From: Candidatus Latescibacterota bacterium
Lineage (GTDB): Bacteria > Latescibacterota > UBA2968 > GCA-2709665
Assembly (NCBI GenBank): GCA_965222075.1
Contig: OZ244937.1
Location: 2,944,001 to 3,008,000, forward strand
Reading direction: 5' to 3'
DNA length: 64,000 nt
Positions within the stretch are counted from its first letter, which is position 1. Each line of letters starts with the position of its first letter. The notes under the pieces were generated by a model that saw only the letters and a program-made list of their open reading frames with translations, was not told the DNA's origin and did not search any database. Position numbers and translations under genes: made by a program. This document shows positions 1-9,613 of the stretch, piece by piece.

Positions 1-2811
1 GATCTGGTGGATGTGGATCTTCTGGGCCTCACGCTCGTCCTCCGGGTGGTCTAAAAGGTAGGCCTGCGTCACCTCTTTGGCCGACTCGTCAATCTGGTAT
101 TTCAGGTACGCCTTCTCCGCCGCAGCAGCCTCTCGCCGGCGTCCCAGCGCCCGCAGCGCCAGCATCCGGTGGTAGTTCGCGGCCCGATCCTCAGGATCGA
201 TCGCCAGCGCCCTGTCCAGGGCCTGCAGCGCCCCCTCAAACTGGCCGTTCAGATAACGCACACGGCCCAGGTTCCGCCAGGCCGCCCGGTCCTCAGGAAA
301 ATCCTGAAGGAGGCGTGAGTAAGCGGCCGCTGCTTCGTCGTATCGTCCCTCCTCCTGCAGAACCACGCCCCAGACCCAGGCGGTCTGCGCGTTGCCCGGG
401 GCGATCGCCTCGCACTTTTGAAGGTACCCATAGGCCACCTTCAGATCCCCGTCCTGAACCGCGGCTCTCGCCAGGTTGCGATACCCGTCAATCCGTTCGG
501 GCGCAGCGTCCACAACCTTCCGGAACGCCCACGTTGACGCGCGAGTCTCCCCCTGCAGCATCAGCCCGATGCCGTAGTCGTTGAACCGCACCCAATCCTC
601 GGAAACCGGGCCGACCTCACCCGCCGCCCGCTCCCCCACTCCGGAAGCCAGCACAGACAAACGCATCTCATCCACTGCAATCTCGGTAATCGGCAGATCC
701 GGGACTGCATCAAACGCCCGAAAGCCGGCCGGGTTGGCGCGATACGCGAATTCGGTATACGCCCGGTCAAACTTACGCCACAGCAGGCGCGCCCGGAGGG
801 TCAGCGTCCGTCCCACCTGAGCTTCCGGCACTCGGAAGCGATAGCGGGCCACATCCGCTGTACCGGGGCCGATCACGTTGACGTAGACAGCCGTATAAAT
901 GTCCTGCGCGTTGCGCCGGTGAATCGGTCCGCTGTGTCGATCCAGAATCAGCGCCCTGTAGAAATGCGCCCCCGGATCCACATACCCGTCCTCCCGGACA
1001 AACCCGCTCACACCCACGGGCCGCCCCCCCTCGTCCAACAGCGCAACCTCCAGCCACCCCTCGTTGGAATCGTTCGTCCCACCCGGAAACGTGTGGCCCA
1101 CCCCCTGGTTGCGCACCACCACCTCCACCTGCACCTCCTCACCCGCCATAAGCGGAGGGACCACGCGGTCGAGCGGGGCAATGGGCGCCTCGAAACCAGG
1201 CCCCCGCCTCAGGGCGAAAACGTCCACACGCAGCTTCTCGTCCCTCAGGAAGGCCTCGATCCGCCGGATCGTCCCCTCGTCTCCCCGAACGTAGGGCAGG
1301 GCGGTATTGACGGCGGTGAACCGGTGAGACCGGACGTATCCGCTCCTGGCCGAAACGTCTCCCAAGACTGCCTTTTCAGGCGGCATGTGGCAGTCCTGAC
1401 AGACCCGTTTTGCGGGCGGAAGGTAAAAAGTGCGCGAGGCGTTGTGGGACACCCCGCTGTCGTGCCAGGCATCGAACTCGTCCTGTCCCCGAAGCCAGCG
1501 GTAATCGTTCACCGGCACATCCAGACTCACCTTGTGGCAGGTCGCGCAGTAGTCGGCCGTCCGGAAAAACGGCTTCAGCATCTGCCGTTTGTGCACCGTC
1601 GGCTTGGCCTTCACTGCAGCATCGTGGAGAACCCTCCCGATCCCGGACTTCGCATCCGGAAAGAGATAGGGGTCCTCCTGCGCGTCCGCGATATTGTAGT
1701 TCCCGTTGCCGGTCCGGTTGTGGATCTGATCAATCGCGTGACAGGCCAGACAAGTCAGCCCGGCCTGCGCTGTGGGCGACGTCCGGTCAATCTCCCCCGA
1801 CATCATCCCCGCCAGCATCAGCGCCGGATCGTGGCAGCCGCTGCACCACTTCGACTTCTCGTTCCCCACGGCCCGGCGCATATCGTTCACCGTCGCTTCA
1901 TAGAAAGGATTGTTGAACGAGGCAAACCGGTGCGCCGAGACCGCCCACTGGGCGACGATATCCGCGTGACACCGCTTGCAGGTCTCAGCCCCGATCTTCT
2001 CGTGCACGACAAACCCGTAGCGCTCCAGATCCGGCTTCAGCGCCTCCGGATGGGACACATCCCCCCGCGTAATAATCCGCGAAGGGAGGAAATCTCCCGT
2101 CGTCGTCGTAGCCGCCGAAGGGAAGAAAGGGCTCTCCGGGGGCACATACCCGGCAGCCACAAATCCGGCTTCGTCAACATAGCCCTCTAAGCTGCGGCCC
2201 TTTGACCCCGGCCCCGTGTGCTTGCCCGCCGCAATCGCCCGTACTGCCTCTTCTGTCAGGTGATCCTCCCGATAGGTCACCCCGTGCAGCAAAACGAGGA
2301 GCCCCGTCAACCCTGCCGTGGCGCCTATCCCCACCCGGCAGGCTCGCCGCGTCGGCTTCCAGACCGACGCTCGCCGGTGAGCAAGGTAGAGCGCCGGCAC
2401 CAGAACCGCGCAGACTGCGTGCGCCCAGAACGCCCAGCGGTTGTCCCGGCTGTTGGCCTCCGTCAAAATAAAAAGCCCGGACACGGCCAGCGCCAGGCCA
2501 AGCGTCAACACCAGAAGGCCTGAGAAAAGCGCGGTCCGATTGCGGCGCCGGATCCAGACCCGCGTGAGGTGCCACAGGGCAAAAACGATTGCGATCCCCG
2601 CAAGCGCCAGACCCACGCCGGTATGCGAGAGCACCATCGCCTGGTAGAGCCCGGGCAGCGAGGTCTCCGTTAATGCGAAGATACGCAGATCGAACCAGTC
2701 GGCCAGCCGGAAACACAGGAGATAGAGCGTATCTGCCAGCATAAAGATCCCGACCACGACGACGACCTTCAGAAGTCGCCGCTGAGCGCCCGTCAATCTG
2801 CTCATAGACAT
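1..2811 (-). CDS. Membrane-anchored multiheme c-type cytochrome with C-terminal TPR repeats (3' end runs off the window)
   Basis: Not in the ORF track because there is no stop in the window. Manual translation from ATG 2811 (GGGAG upstream): MSMSRLTGAQRRLL..., several N-terminal TM helices, CxxCH motifs CKRCH, CSGCH, CLACH, CATCH, CQDCH, then TPR-like helices (AWRNLGRVRYLNGQFEGALQALDRALAIDPED). Confidence 0.85.
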   Translation of the reverse strand, partial: MSMSRLTGAQRRLLKVVVVVGIFMLADTLYLLCFRLADWFDLRIFALTETSLPGLYQAMVLSHTGVGLALAGIAIVFALWHLTRVWIRRRNRTALFSGLLVLTLGLALAVSGLFILTEANSRDNRWAFWAHAVCAVLVPALYLAHRRASVWKPTRRACRVGIGATAGLTGLLVLLHGVTYREDHLTEEAVRAIAAGKHTGPGSKGRSLEGYVDEAGFVAAGYVPPESPFFPSAATTTTGDFLPSRIITRGDVSHPEALKPDLERYGFVVHEKIGAETCKRCHADIVAQWAVSAHRFASFNNPFYEATVNDMRRAVGNEKSKWCSGCHDPALMLAGMMSGEIDRTSPTAQAGLTCLACHAIDQIHNRTGNGNYNIADAQEDPYLFPDAKSGIGRVLHDAAVKAKPTVHKRQMLKPFFRTADYCATCHKVSLDVPVNDYRWLRGQDEFDAWHDSGVSHNASRTFYLPPAKRVCQDCHMPPEKAVLGDVSARSGYVRSHRFTAVNTALPYVRGDEGTIRRIEAFLRDEKLRVDVFALRRGPGFEAPIAPLDRVVPPLMAGEEVQVEVVVRNQGVGHTFPGGTNDSNEGWLEVALLDEGGRPVGVSGFVREDGYVDPGAHFYRALILDRHSGPIHRRNAQDIYTAVYVNVIGPGTADVARYRFRVPEAQVGRTLTLRARLLWRKFDRAYTEFAYRANPAGFRAFDAVPDLPITEIAVDEMRLSVLASGVGERAAGEVGPVSEDWVRFNDYGIGLMLQGETRASTWAFRKVVDAAPERIDGYRNLARAAVQDGDLKVAYGYLQKCEAIAPGNAQTAWVWGVVLQEEGRYDEAAAAYSRLLQDFPEDRAAWRNLGRVRYLNGQFEGALQALDRALAIDPEDRAANYHRMLALRALGRRREAAAAEKAYLKYQIDESAKEVTQAYLLDHPEDEREAQKIHIHQI

Positions 2812-2896
2812 TGGCTCCCGCCCTCCCGGCTCAATTCGCCGTCCGCGGCAACGCCCGCCCTCAGCCCCACCGGACAGATCAAACAAAGTGCGAAGC

Positions 2897-4408
2897 TCAT
2901 CCCTCAAACCATATTGGGCTGCTCCAGGCCATCTGCCCGTTCTCCTGCGTCACCCGCACGTAATAACAGGCCCCCCTGTCGTCGCCGCGATGCCGGTATT
3001 CTCCCAACAGCGTGTAAAGCGCCTTCGGCGCCGCCCGGTGGACCTTCACCCACCCCGGCACCTTCCCCATCCCGAACCCCTGGCTCCCCTCCAGCAGTTC
3101 GCCGATTGTAAACGCGCGTTTCTGGTCCGAAAAGGTGTTGGCAACCGACCAGTCCAGAGACGTTGCAAAAAGGCTCTGCCGGGTCTGGCAGTGCAGGCCG
3201 ACCTCGATCCGGGTCGCCTCGCTGCCCTGTACCTCAACACAAAGCGCATCGTTGGCCGAATGGACCGGAAACGTATTTCGGGATGCGAACATCCCTCCCC
3301 GCGAAGTATACGACTGCCAGCGGCAGCCGGCGCCATCCTGCTCCAGGATGCGCTTGCGCCGGTGCTCGTCAAATGGATCCGAGGAAAAACAGGGCATAAC
3401 CTCGCGTATCTCCCCGCCCTCGACCGCCAGCGTACCCTCCCAGTCAAAAATCGGAAACCCCTTCATCGGCCCCCACCCCCATTCCAGCCGCAGCCGGTAG
3501 GCCTGCTCGCCTCCGGTCGCTCCCGACGCATAGTCCGGCGTCTGTGCAAGAACCGGCACGTTGTTCCGGACCAACTCCACCAGCTTGATAAAATCCCATC
3601 CCTCAACCTCAAACCTCAGATCCTGCGCAGCCCCCCCTGCCACGATGCTCCCCATGCCGGACTCCCCCACGTTCAGATCCACATCAATCCGGTCTCCGGT
3701 CACCGCAATCGTCCGCCGGTTCAGAATCCCATCGAAAATCGCCTCCCGCGTATTGGCCTTAGCCCGAACCCCGGTCAGCCCGAAACCGTAACCGCCGGGG
3801 TACCCGTCGTGATTGTCGGTACCCGCGGTAAACCCGAACCGTCTGCCCAAGGCCAGGCCGTGCTGGGCGGTAAACTGCGCGGGCCCCGGCCCGCCGCTGT
3901 GCCCCAGCATCGGAAACGGCCCGACATCCCGCTCCGAACAGCCGTGCTCCGAGAAGATCTCAACAACCGGTGAGAGCGCCTCGTCAAACAGCTCCCAGTC
4001 CACACCGTTCACATAGGCGGTATGGTGCGGGACCAGGATCGCCCTCTTCGACCTGTAATACGCCTGCAGCTCGGCCAGGCTCTTTGCAAAGTGCAGCGGC
4101 TGGCCATCCTCACAACAGACCACATGCACGTGCCCCCACGCGTGGGAATGCCATTCGTACGCCAGAAACGACGTAAACCTGCCCGGATCGTTATGTTCGG
4201 CCGCGGCCTTCTGGATATCCTCCCAGTGCGCATTGACAATATCATAGCCCCCGGGCGCGCTGCCGTCTGCGAACTGCGCGTGTGGCGTAAACGCATAAAA
4301 ATCCAGGTGCGACCGTGCAATATCGTAGCTGCGTGCCAAGCTGCCGATCCCGTAACCCAGCTCGTTGTGATTGTGGATATCCCCCCAGTACAGGCCATCC
4401 CTGGACAT
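2897..4408 (-). CDS. DUF3604 / CehA-McbA-like PHP-fold metallohydrolase
   Basis: YWGDIHNH, AYEW, PHH, GTDNHDG motifs and C-terminal YYVRVTQENGQMAWSSPIW; start set at MSRDG after GGAGG. Confidence 0.75.
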   Translation of the reverse strand: MSRDGLYWGDIHNHNELGYGIGSLARSYDIARSHLDFYAFTPHAQFADGSAPGGYDIVNAHWEDIQKAAAEHNDPGRFTSFLAYEWHSHAWGHVHVVCCEDGQPLHFAKSLAELQAYYRSKRAILVPHHTAYVNGVDWELFDEALSPVVEIFSEHGCSERDVGPFPMLGHSGGPGPAQFTAQHGLALGRRFGFTAGTDNHDGYPGGYGFGLTGVRAKANTREAIFDGILNRRTIAVTGDRIDVDLNVGESGMGSIVAGGAAQDLRFEVEGWDFIKLVELVRNNVPVLAQTPDYASGATGGEQAYRLRLEWGWGPMKGFPIFDWEGTLAVEGGEIREVMPCFSSDPFDEHRRKRILEQDGAGCRWQSYTSRGGMFASRNTFPVHSANDALCVEVQGSEATRIEVGLHCQTRQSLFATSLDWSVANTFSDQKRAFTIGELLEGSQGFGMGKVPGWVKVHRAAPKALYTLLGEYRHRGDDRGACYYVRVTQENGQMAWSSPIWFEG

Positions 4409-4442
4409 ATCTACCTCCCATACGCATTGAAAACGCTTCACG

Positions 4443-5297
4443 CTAAGACGCCTGTTCCGCCTCCTCCACCAACCTCAACCAGTCTAAGTGGCTCTTAGCC
4501 ACCGATGCGGGATTCGCCCTGCTGCGGGCGATGAATCCGGGCACATCGCGGCCGGTTGGCATGCCCGAATCGCTGTAGCGCAGGTCCAGGCTCCAGCGGA
4601 CGTGGTCGGAATGGTTCGGAATCGAACGGTGGATGGTTTTGTGCTGGACCAACAGCACGCCGCCCACCCGGATGGGGCAGGCCACCTGTTCGCCCGGCGG
4701 AAGCCGGTCTTCTGCGATCCCCCAGTAGTTGCGAACCCGCACGTGTTCGATCAGCCCGGCCCTGTGGCTCCCGGCAATCACCTCCATACACCCGTTCTCC
4801 ACCGTGGCGTCCACCAGCGGAATCCAGAAATTCACCATAAATGTCTCCTCCGCATCCTGCTCCAGGTAGCCCAGGTCCTGGTGCCACGGCACCACCGTCT
4901 CCTCCTGGTCGGGCAGCTTCGCCCGGGCGTTGAACTGGGGGTGCGCCAGGATCTCCGGCCCGATGATCGACTCAACAATATCCAGGATCGCCGGATGCGT
5001 CATCACCGCAAACATCCCGGCCGTTTTATGGTGCTTCCCGTGAACGGCCCGCCACAGGTCGTGGGGAGCGTCCATCGCCTCGTAGACCCTGGCGATACGG
5101 CGTTCAAACGGCTGATCCTCAAACAGATCGCTCAGCCTCCCCTCCCCATGCGCCTCCCGGGCCTTCCGGTCGATCACCTCGTTGAACTCATCGATCAGCG
5201 GCTGCAGGTCCGCCGGTGGAATCACGTCCTCTAACAGCAGGTACCCCTGCTCCTGGTAGATCGAGATCTGTTCAGAACTCAGTCCCCCCATCGCCAT
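4443..5297 (-). CDS. Phytanoyl-CoA dioxygenase (PhyH) family Fe/2OG dioxygenase
   Basis: PWHQD...IHRS...WSLDLRY; HxD...H triad intact. Confidence 0.9.
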   Translation of the reverse strand: MAMGGLSSEQISIYQEQGYLLLEDVIPPADLQPLIDEFNEVIDRKAREAHGEGRLSDLFEDQPFERRIARVYEAMDAPHDLWRAVHGKHHKTAGMFAVMTHPAILDIVESIIGPEILAHPQFNARAKLPDQEETVVPWHQDLGYLEQDAEETFMVNFWIPLVDATVENGCMEVIAGSHRAGLIEHVRVRNYWGIAEDRLPPGEQVACPIRVGGVLLVQHKTIHRSIPNHSDHVRWSLDLRYSDSGMPTGRDVPGFIARSRANPASVAKSHLDWLRLVEEAEQAS

Positions 5298-5563
5298 GCC
5301 TCCTTTCTATACAGATGCTCTGTCGGAATATCCGCGATCATGCCGGGCCGGCGGGAGCAGAAGGCGTTCACCACCAGTGCACCAGGGTGGAGCCGGGAGG
5401 CGTGCACGACCGTTTCTGCATAGGTCACCCACAGGTTGATGGCAATCACGATCAAGACCCCGAGGCCCACCGAACGAAACGTAATACCCCGCTCCGAAGG
5501 CGAACCGAAGTCTGCTTCGGACGGGGTCTGGGTCACAATCCGCTCCTGCCGGGCTGAAGACAT
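5279..5563 (-). pseudogene. N-terminal remnant of a DUF6785-like membrane transporter
   Basis: RGITFRSVGLGVLIVIAINLWVTYAETVVHASRL resembles the start of these long membrane proteins, but the ORF ends after ~94 aa. Confidence 0.55.
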
Positions 5564-5608
5564 TGAATATTGAACCCCTCCCAATCTTCAATCTTCAATC
5601 CGCAATCC

Positions 5609-6367
5609 TCACACCCCCACCTCCACCTCGCGGTAGGACGCACATCCTTCCAGGCGACGTTCCCAGTCGCTCTGTCCGGGCTCGGGCACCCCGAACAGCT
5701 GCCGGCGGTTGTGCGACGCCATCACCAGCTCCTGCACGTGCGGCGACAGATCGCTGAATTCAAACTGCGTCTTCATCCACGAATGGACGTAGGAATATTC
5801 CAGCACCTTGCGCGGCCGGTCGCTCCTGTTGTGAAACCGGGCGTGCCAGGTATACCCGTTCATCAACACCGCGTCTCCCGCCTTTACAACCATCTTCACG
5901 TGGTGCGGCATCTCTTCGTGATCCGAAATATCGGGAAGCAGCTGCCCGATCTCGTAGCGGTGGCTCCCCGGCACACAGGCTAAGCAGGCACCGTCTTTCG
6001 TCACATCTTCCAGGTACGTAAAAAGCTTCGTCATAATAATCGACTCGGGCATGTACACGCCCAGAGTCCCCGACAGGTCGCAGTGCCACCCCGATCCCGA
6101 ATCCGTACGGGGCTTGATCATACCACCCTGGGCGTAACGAAGCTGAGCATCGTCGCCCACAATGGCCCGCGCAACGGGGAACAGGACCGGATGGTCCACC
6201 ATATCCACGAAAACATCGTCCTGGTTCAGCAGGTCCCTCAGCGCGCCCGCACCCGCCGCCCGCTCAAACGCCGCCCGCACCCGTTCCAACTCATCCGGAG
6301 CCAGCGCGTTCCGGATCACAACGTACCCCTGCGCATCATACGCCTGCCTGGCCTGTTCCGGTGTCAT
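5609..6367 (-). CDS. PhyH family dioxygenase
   Basis: GWHCD, VPGSH, TWHAR motifs; start at MTPEQ. Confidence 0.9.
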   Translation of the reverse strand: MTPEQARQAYDAQGYVVIRNALAPDELERVRAAFERAAGAGALRDLLNQDDVFVDMVDHPVLFPVARAIVGDDAQLRYAQGGMIKPRTDSGSGWHCDLSGTLGVYMPESIIMTKLFTYLEDVTKDGACLACVPGSHRYEIGQLLPDISDHEEMPHHVKMVVKAGDAVLMNGYTWHARFHNRSDRPRKVLEYSYVHSWMKTQFEFSDLSPHVQELVMASHNRRQLFGVPEPGQSDWERRLEGCASYREVEVGV

Positions 6368-6383
6368 CCGTCTCACCCTCCAT

Positions 6384-7184
6384 TTATGTATTCGGCGCAA
6401 CGCCCTTGCCCACGACCTTCAACCCGGAAAAGCGGCGCTCCGGAAGACCTGTGGAGGATGAATACCCTTCCACCTTACGCCCCCAGTACCCCCTGGCATC
6501 CCTGTGAGAAATCACAAGGCCGAACAACTGGGCCAGATTGTGTGTCGAAGACGCGACCTTCACCGCGTGCGCCGACAGCTCTGGCAGGGCCTGGCGCATC
6601 CAGCAGTGGACGTAGGAATACGCCAGAAACCGCTGCGGCGTCTCGCTCCGGTTTCGAGTCTGCGCCTGCCAGAGGTTGCCGTGCAGCACCACCGCCGCCC
6701 CCGCCTTCACCCGCAGAGCAACGTGGTGGGGCATCTCCTCGATACGGGCAATCTCCGGAAAGGCGAGGTCCGGTTTGAACCGATGGCTCCCCGGCACCAC
6801 CGAAACGCAGGCCCCGTCCTCCGCCACATCGTCCAAGTGGAAAACCACCTGCACACAGACCGTGGACGCCGGATGGTAGACGCCCAGCATACCCGCCACC
6901 TCCCGGCGCCATCCCCTCCCGGCACCTCCGGGGGCGATTGTCATACCCTGGAGGGCCCGGAGTTGAACATCGTCTCCCAAAATGCGGTGGACCACGGGAA
7001 AGACCGTCGCGTGCTCGGCAAGATGGACAAAGAGATCGTCTCGATTCGGCAGGTCCTCAAGCCCCCCATCCCCCGCCGCCCGGTCAAACACCGTCCTCAC
7101 CCGCTCCAGTTCATCCGGCTCAAAGGCCCCCTCTACCACCAGATAGCCCTGCGCCCCGTACACAACCTTTTGTTCTTCTGTCAT
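6384..7184 (-). CDS. PhyH family protein lacking the iron-binding triad
   Basis: Paralog of 5609-6367 (VPGSH, AYSYVHCW) with GWRRE in place of GWHxD and LWQA in place of xWHA. Confidence 0.8.
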   Translation of the reverse strand: MTEEQKVVYGAQGYLVVEGAFEPDELERVRTVFDRAAGDGGLEDLPNRDDLFVHLAEHATVFPVVHRILGDDVQLRALQGMTIAPGGAGRGWRREVAGMLGVYHPASTVCVQVVFHLDDVAEDGACVSVVPGSHRFKPDLAFPEIARIEEMPHHVALRVKAGAAVVLHGNLWQAQTRNRSETPQRFLAYSYVHCWMRQALPELSAHAVKVASSTHNLAQLFGLVISHRDARGYWGRKVEGYSSSTGLPERRFSGLKVVGKGVAPNT

Positions 7185-7221
7185 AATAGCCTTCCTTCAA
7201 AAAAACGCAACCTCCATACCC

Positions 7222-8061
7222 TCAAGGCGCAAGCGCCTCCTCTCCGAGGTGCTCTCTCAGCCACGTCCGCAACGGCACATCCTCTTCTCTTGGCGACGTA
7301 TACCCCATCCCACCCGTAACGGTCGCGCCCAACAACTGCCGCCGGACCGGATTGCAGCGCTCCATATAGTGTTCCACCGTCATATCGTCTCTGGGGCGAA
7401 GCCACCGATAGCTGTATCCGTAGAACAGCACCTTCCGCGTGATCGTCGAATAATTATGGCCGGCCGCGTGCCAGAGGCGCCGGTCGAAAAACACCGCCGT
7501 GCCGGGCGCCACCAGGACCGGCATCGTCCCTTCAGGGTCCGAAACCCCATCGTCGGGGAACACCGCCTGCATGTGACTCCCGGGCACTACGGTGAAATTT
7601 CCCCGCTCCGGTTCTGTCATATCCGTCAGGAAGAAGCCCACCTTGAGGGAGACCCGGGGCCTCGGTTCGCTTTCCAGCTCAATATTCAACCGTCCGCTGT
7701 CCTGGTGCCACCCCAACCTCTTCTTCGCCGCCGGCTCCGGATGCGGAGGCGTCACGATCATGTGGGAGTGATAAAGCTGGATGTTCCACCCCAGGATGTC
7801 CCACACTTTCGGAAATGTCCTGGGCCAGTCGATCAGCTCTAAAAAACGCTCGTCCTTCCCCACAAAATCCAGCAGGTTCAGCCGACCGCCGGGCTCCAGC
7901 CCCTCTTCGGCCACGCAGTAATCGTAAAGCCGGTCCACCAGCCCGTTCAACTCCTCAACCCTCTGCGGCGGCAGAGCGTCCTCCACCACAAAAAATCCGT
8001 CCCGCTCGAACTTGAGGCGCTCCTCCTCTGTCAGGCAGTAATCCAGACAGGCAACGTTCAT
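7222..8061 (-). CDS. PhyH family dioxygenase
   Basis: GWHQD, VPGSH, LWHAA motifs. Confidence 0.9.
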   Translation of the reverse strand: MNVACLDYCLTEEERLKFERDGFFVVEDALPPQRVEELNGLVDRLYDYCVAEEGLEPGGRLNLLDFVGKDERFLELIDWPRTFPKVWDILGWNIQLYHSHMIVTPPHPEPAAKKRLGWHQDSGRLNIELESEPRPRVSLKVGFFLTDMTEPERGNFTVVPGSHMQAVFPDDGVSDPEGTMPVLVAPGTAVFFDRRLWHAAGHNYSTITRKVLFYGYSYRWLRPRDDMTVEHYMERCNPVRRQLLGATVTGGMGYTSPREEDVPLRTWLREHLGEEALAP

Positions 8062-8170
8062 AACCTTTCTCCTGAGTTAACGATCCCCCTGATACACGGC
8101 AAAGATGGATACCGAAAGAGATAATGCATCCTTCCTGTAGTGTCAAGCGAGAAATAAAGGTGAAGGTTCC

Positions 8171-8494
8171 TCATATCCTGGAACCCAGCCCCACCACCTT
8201 GGGCTGCTCGATGCGGTGGACGCCCTCTCGCGGTTCAAACAGTGCGCTTAAACGGGTCAGCCACTCGGTATTCGCATCGGGCGTGTACTGGGGGGAATTG
8301 AGCTCCACCCCAAAACGCTTCAGCGCCCGGTAGACCTCCACCGTGCGGGCCGCATCCGCCGCGTTGTCCTTACCCAGAATCTTCAGCTTGAAGCAGCGGT
8401 ACCCGCGCCTGCGCACCCACGGGGCGACCTCCTCCTCCAGATCCTCCGCACTCCCGACGATCCACCACGCATCCAGTCGGTATTCAGGTCTCTG
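8171..8494 (-). pseudogene. Internally deleted enolase-superfamily (mandelate racemase-like) remnant
   Basis: GYRCFKLKILGKD (KxK motif) joined directly to a C-terminal-like GVELNSPQYTPDAN...GLGSRI*; no convincing start. Confidence 0.6.
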
Positions 8495-8559
8495 TCGCGT
8501 TTATTCCTGTGGTTCATCACGCTGCTCACGCTCGTAGAACCGGCTTTATCTACTTAAGG

Positions 8560-9555
8560 TCAGGCGTCAAACTCCGACATCTGCACCGGCTCGCCCCGCT
8601 CCGCGCTCTGTTTGGCCGCCTCGATCGCCGCCATCGAATGACGTACCGACCGGCCGTTTGCATCCGGCTCACGCCCCTCCAGACAGCAGGCTGCAAACTC
8701 CCGGACCTGGTTCCGCATCCCCTCGCCGGGCCCGTCAACGGGCACCTCTTCTCCGTTCAACAGGAGCTTGCTGTGGGTGAACATCATGGACCCCTCGCTG
8801 CCGATAATATACTGATCGTGGCCGCCGGTGTGACACACCACCGATTGAGACAGCACGCTTACCGCCCCGTTCTCATGGTTCATCACAGCCGTATACGAAT
8901 CCTTCTGTCCGCGGTACCGTTCGGTACTCTCGTTCCCCTGCGCATAGACCCGCACGATCGGCGAATCGAGGTACCAGTGCAGGATATCGTATTCGTGGGG
9001 GCCGAAGCAGTAGAGCACACAGTTTCCGCCGATCTCCAGGTCCATATACCAGTGCCGCGCCTGCCCTTCCGGCGGGGCCGGATTGAAATTGCCCAGCCGC
9101 CGCCGGAGCAGGTGCCCCACCTCGCCGATGGCCCCATCGGCGATCATCCCCTTCACCTTGCGGCTCACCGGGTAATACCGCATCACCTGGCCCGCCATCA
9201 AAATCCGGTTTGCCCGGTCGCAGGCCGCAATCATCCGGTCGCACTCCTCAACCGTCAGCGCCATCGGCTTCTCCACCAGCACATGCTTTCCCGCCTCCGC
9301 CGCAGCCACCACCTGATCGCCGTGCTGGTTGTGGGGCGTACACACGATCACCCCCTCCACCTCCGAATCCGCCAGCAGGGCATCCAAATCCGTATAGGCC
9401 CTGGCCCCATGCTCTCCCGCGGCCGACTCGGCCCGCCCGGCGTCGATATCCATCACCGCAGCCACCCGAATATTGTCATTCTGCTCGATCGCTTTCATGT
9501 GCGACCGGGCAATCCCCCCCGCGCCGATCATGCCCACAGACAGTACATCGCTCAT
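8560..9555 (-). CDS. Gfo/Idh/MocA family oxidoreductase
   Basis: GMIGAGGIA Rossmann motif, AGKHVLVEKP. Confidence 0.9.
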   Translation of the reverse strand: MSDVLSVGMIGAGGIARSHMKAIEQNDNIRVAAVMDIDAGRAESAAGEHGARAYTDLDALLADSEVEGVIVCTPHNQHGDQVVAAAEAGKHVLVEKPMALTVEECDRMIAACDRANRILMAGQVMRYYPVSRKVKGMIADGAIGEVGHLLRRRLGNFNPAPPEGQARHWYMDLEIGGNCVLYCFGPHEYDILHWYLDSPIVRVYAQGNESTERYRGQKDSYTAVMNHENGAVSVLSQSVVCHTGGHDQYIIGSEGSMMFTHSKLLLNGEEVPVDGPGEGMRNQVREFAACCLEGREPDANGRSVRHSMAAIEAAKQSAERGEPVQMSEFDA

Positions 9556-9613
9556 CTCCGATCTCCTCATCAAATGGTCAACGACAGACCACGGAAAAAC
9601 CTTACGTCTCACG

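Noticed and set aside
919-2190. 423-aa plus-strand ORF and similar long antisense ORFs (e.g. 2888-3973, 10220-11662, 29553-30812, 52383-53621, 61281-62663)
   Set aside because: Shadow or alternate frames of well-supported genes in GC-rich DNA; no recognisable motifs.
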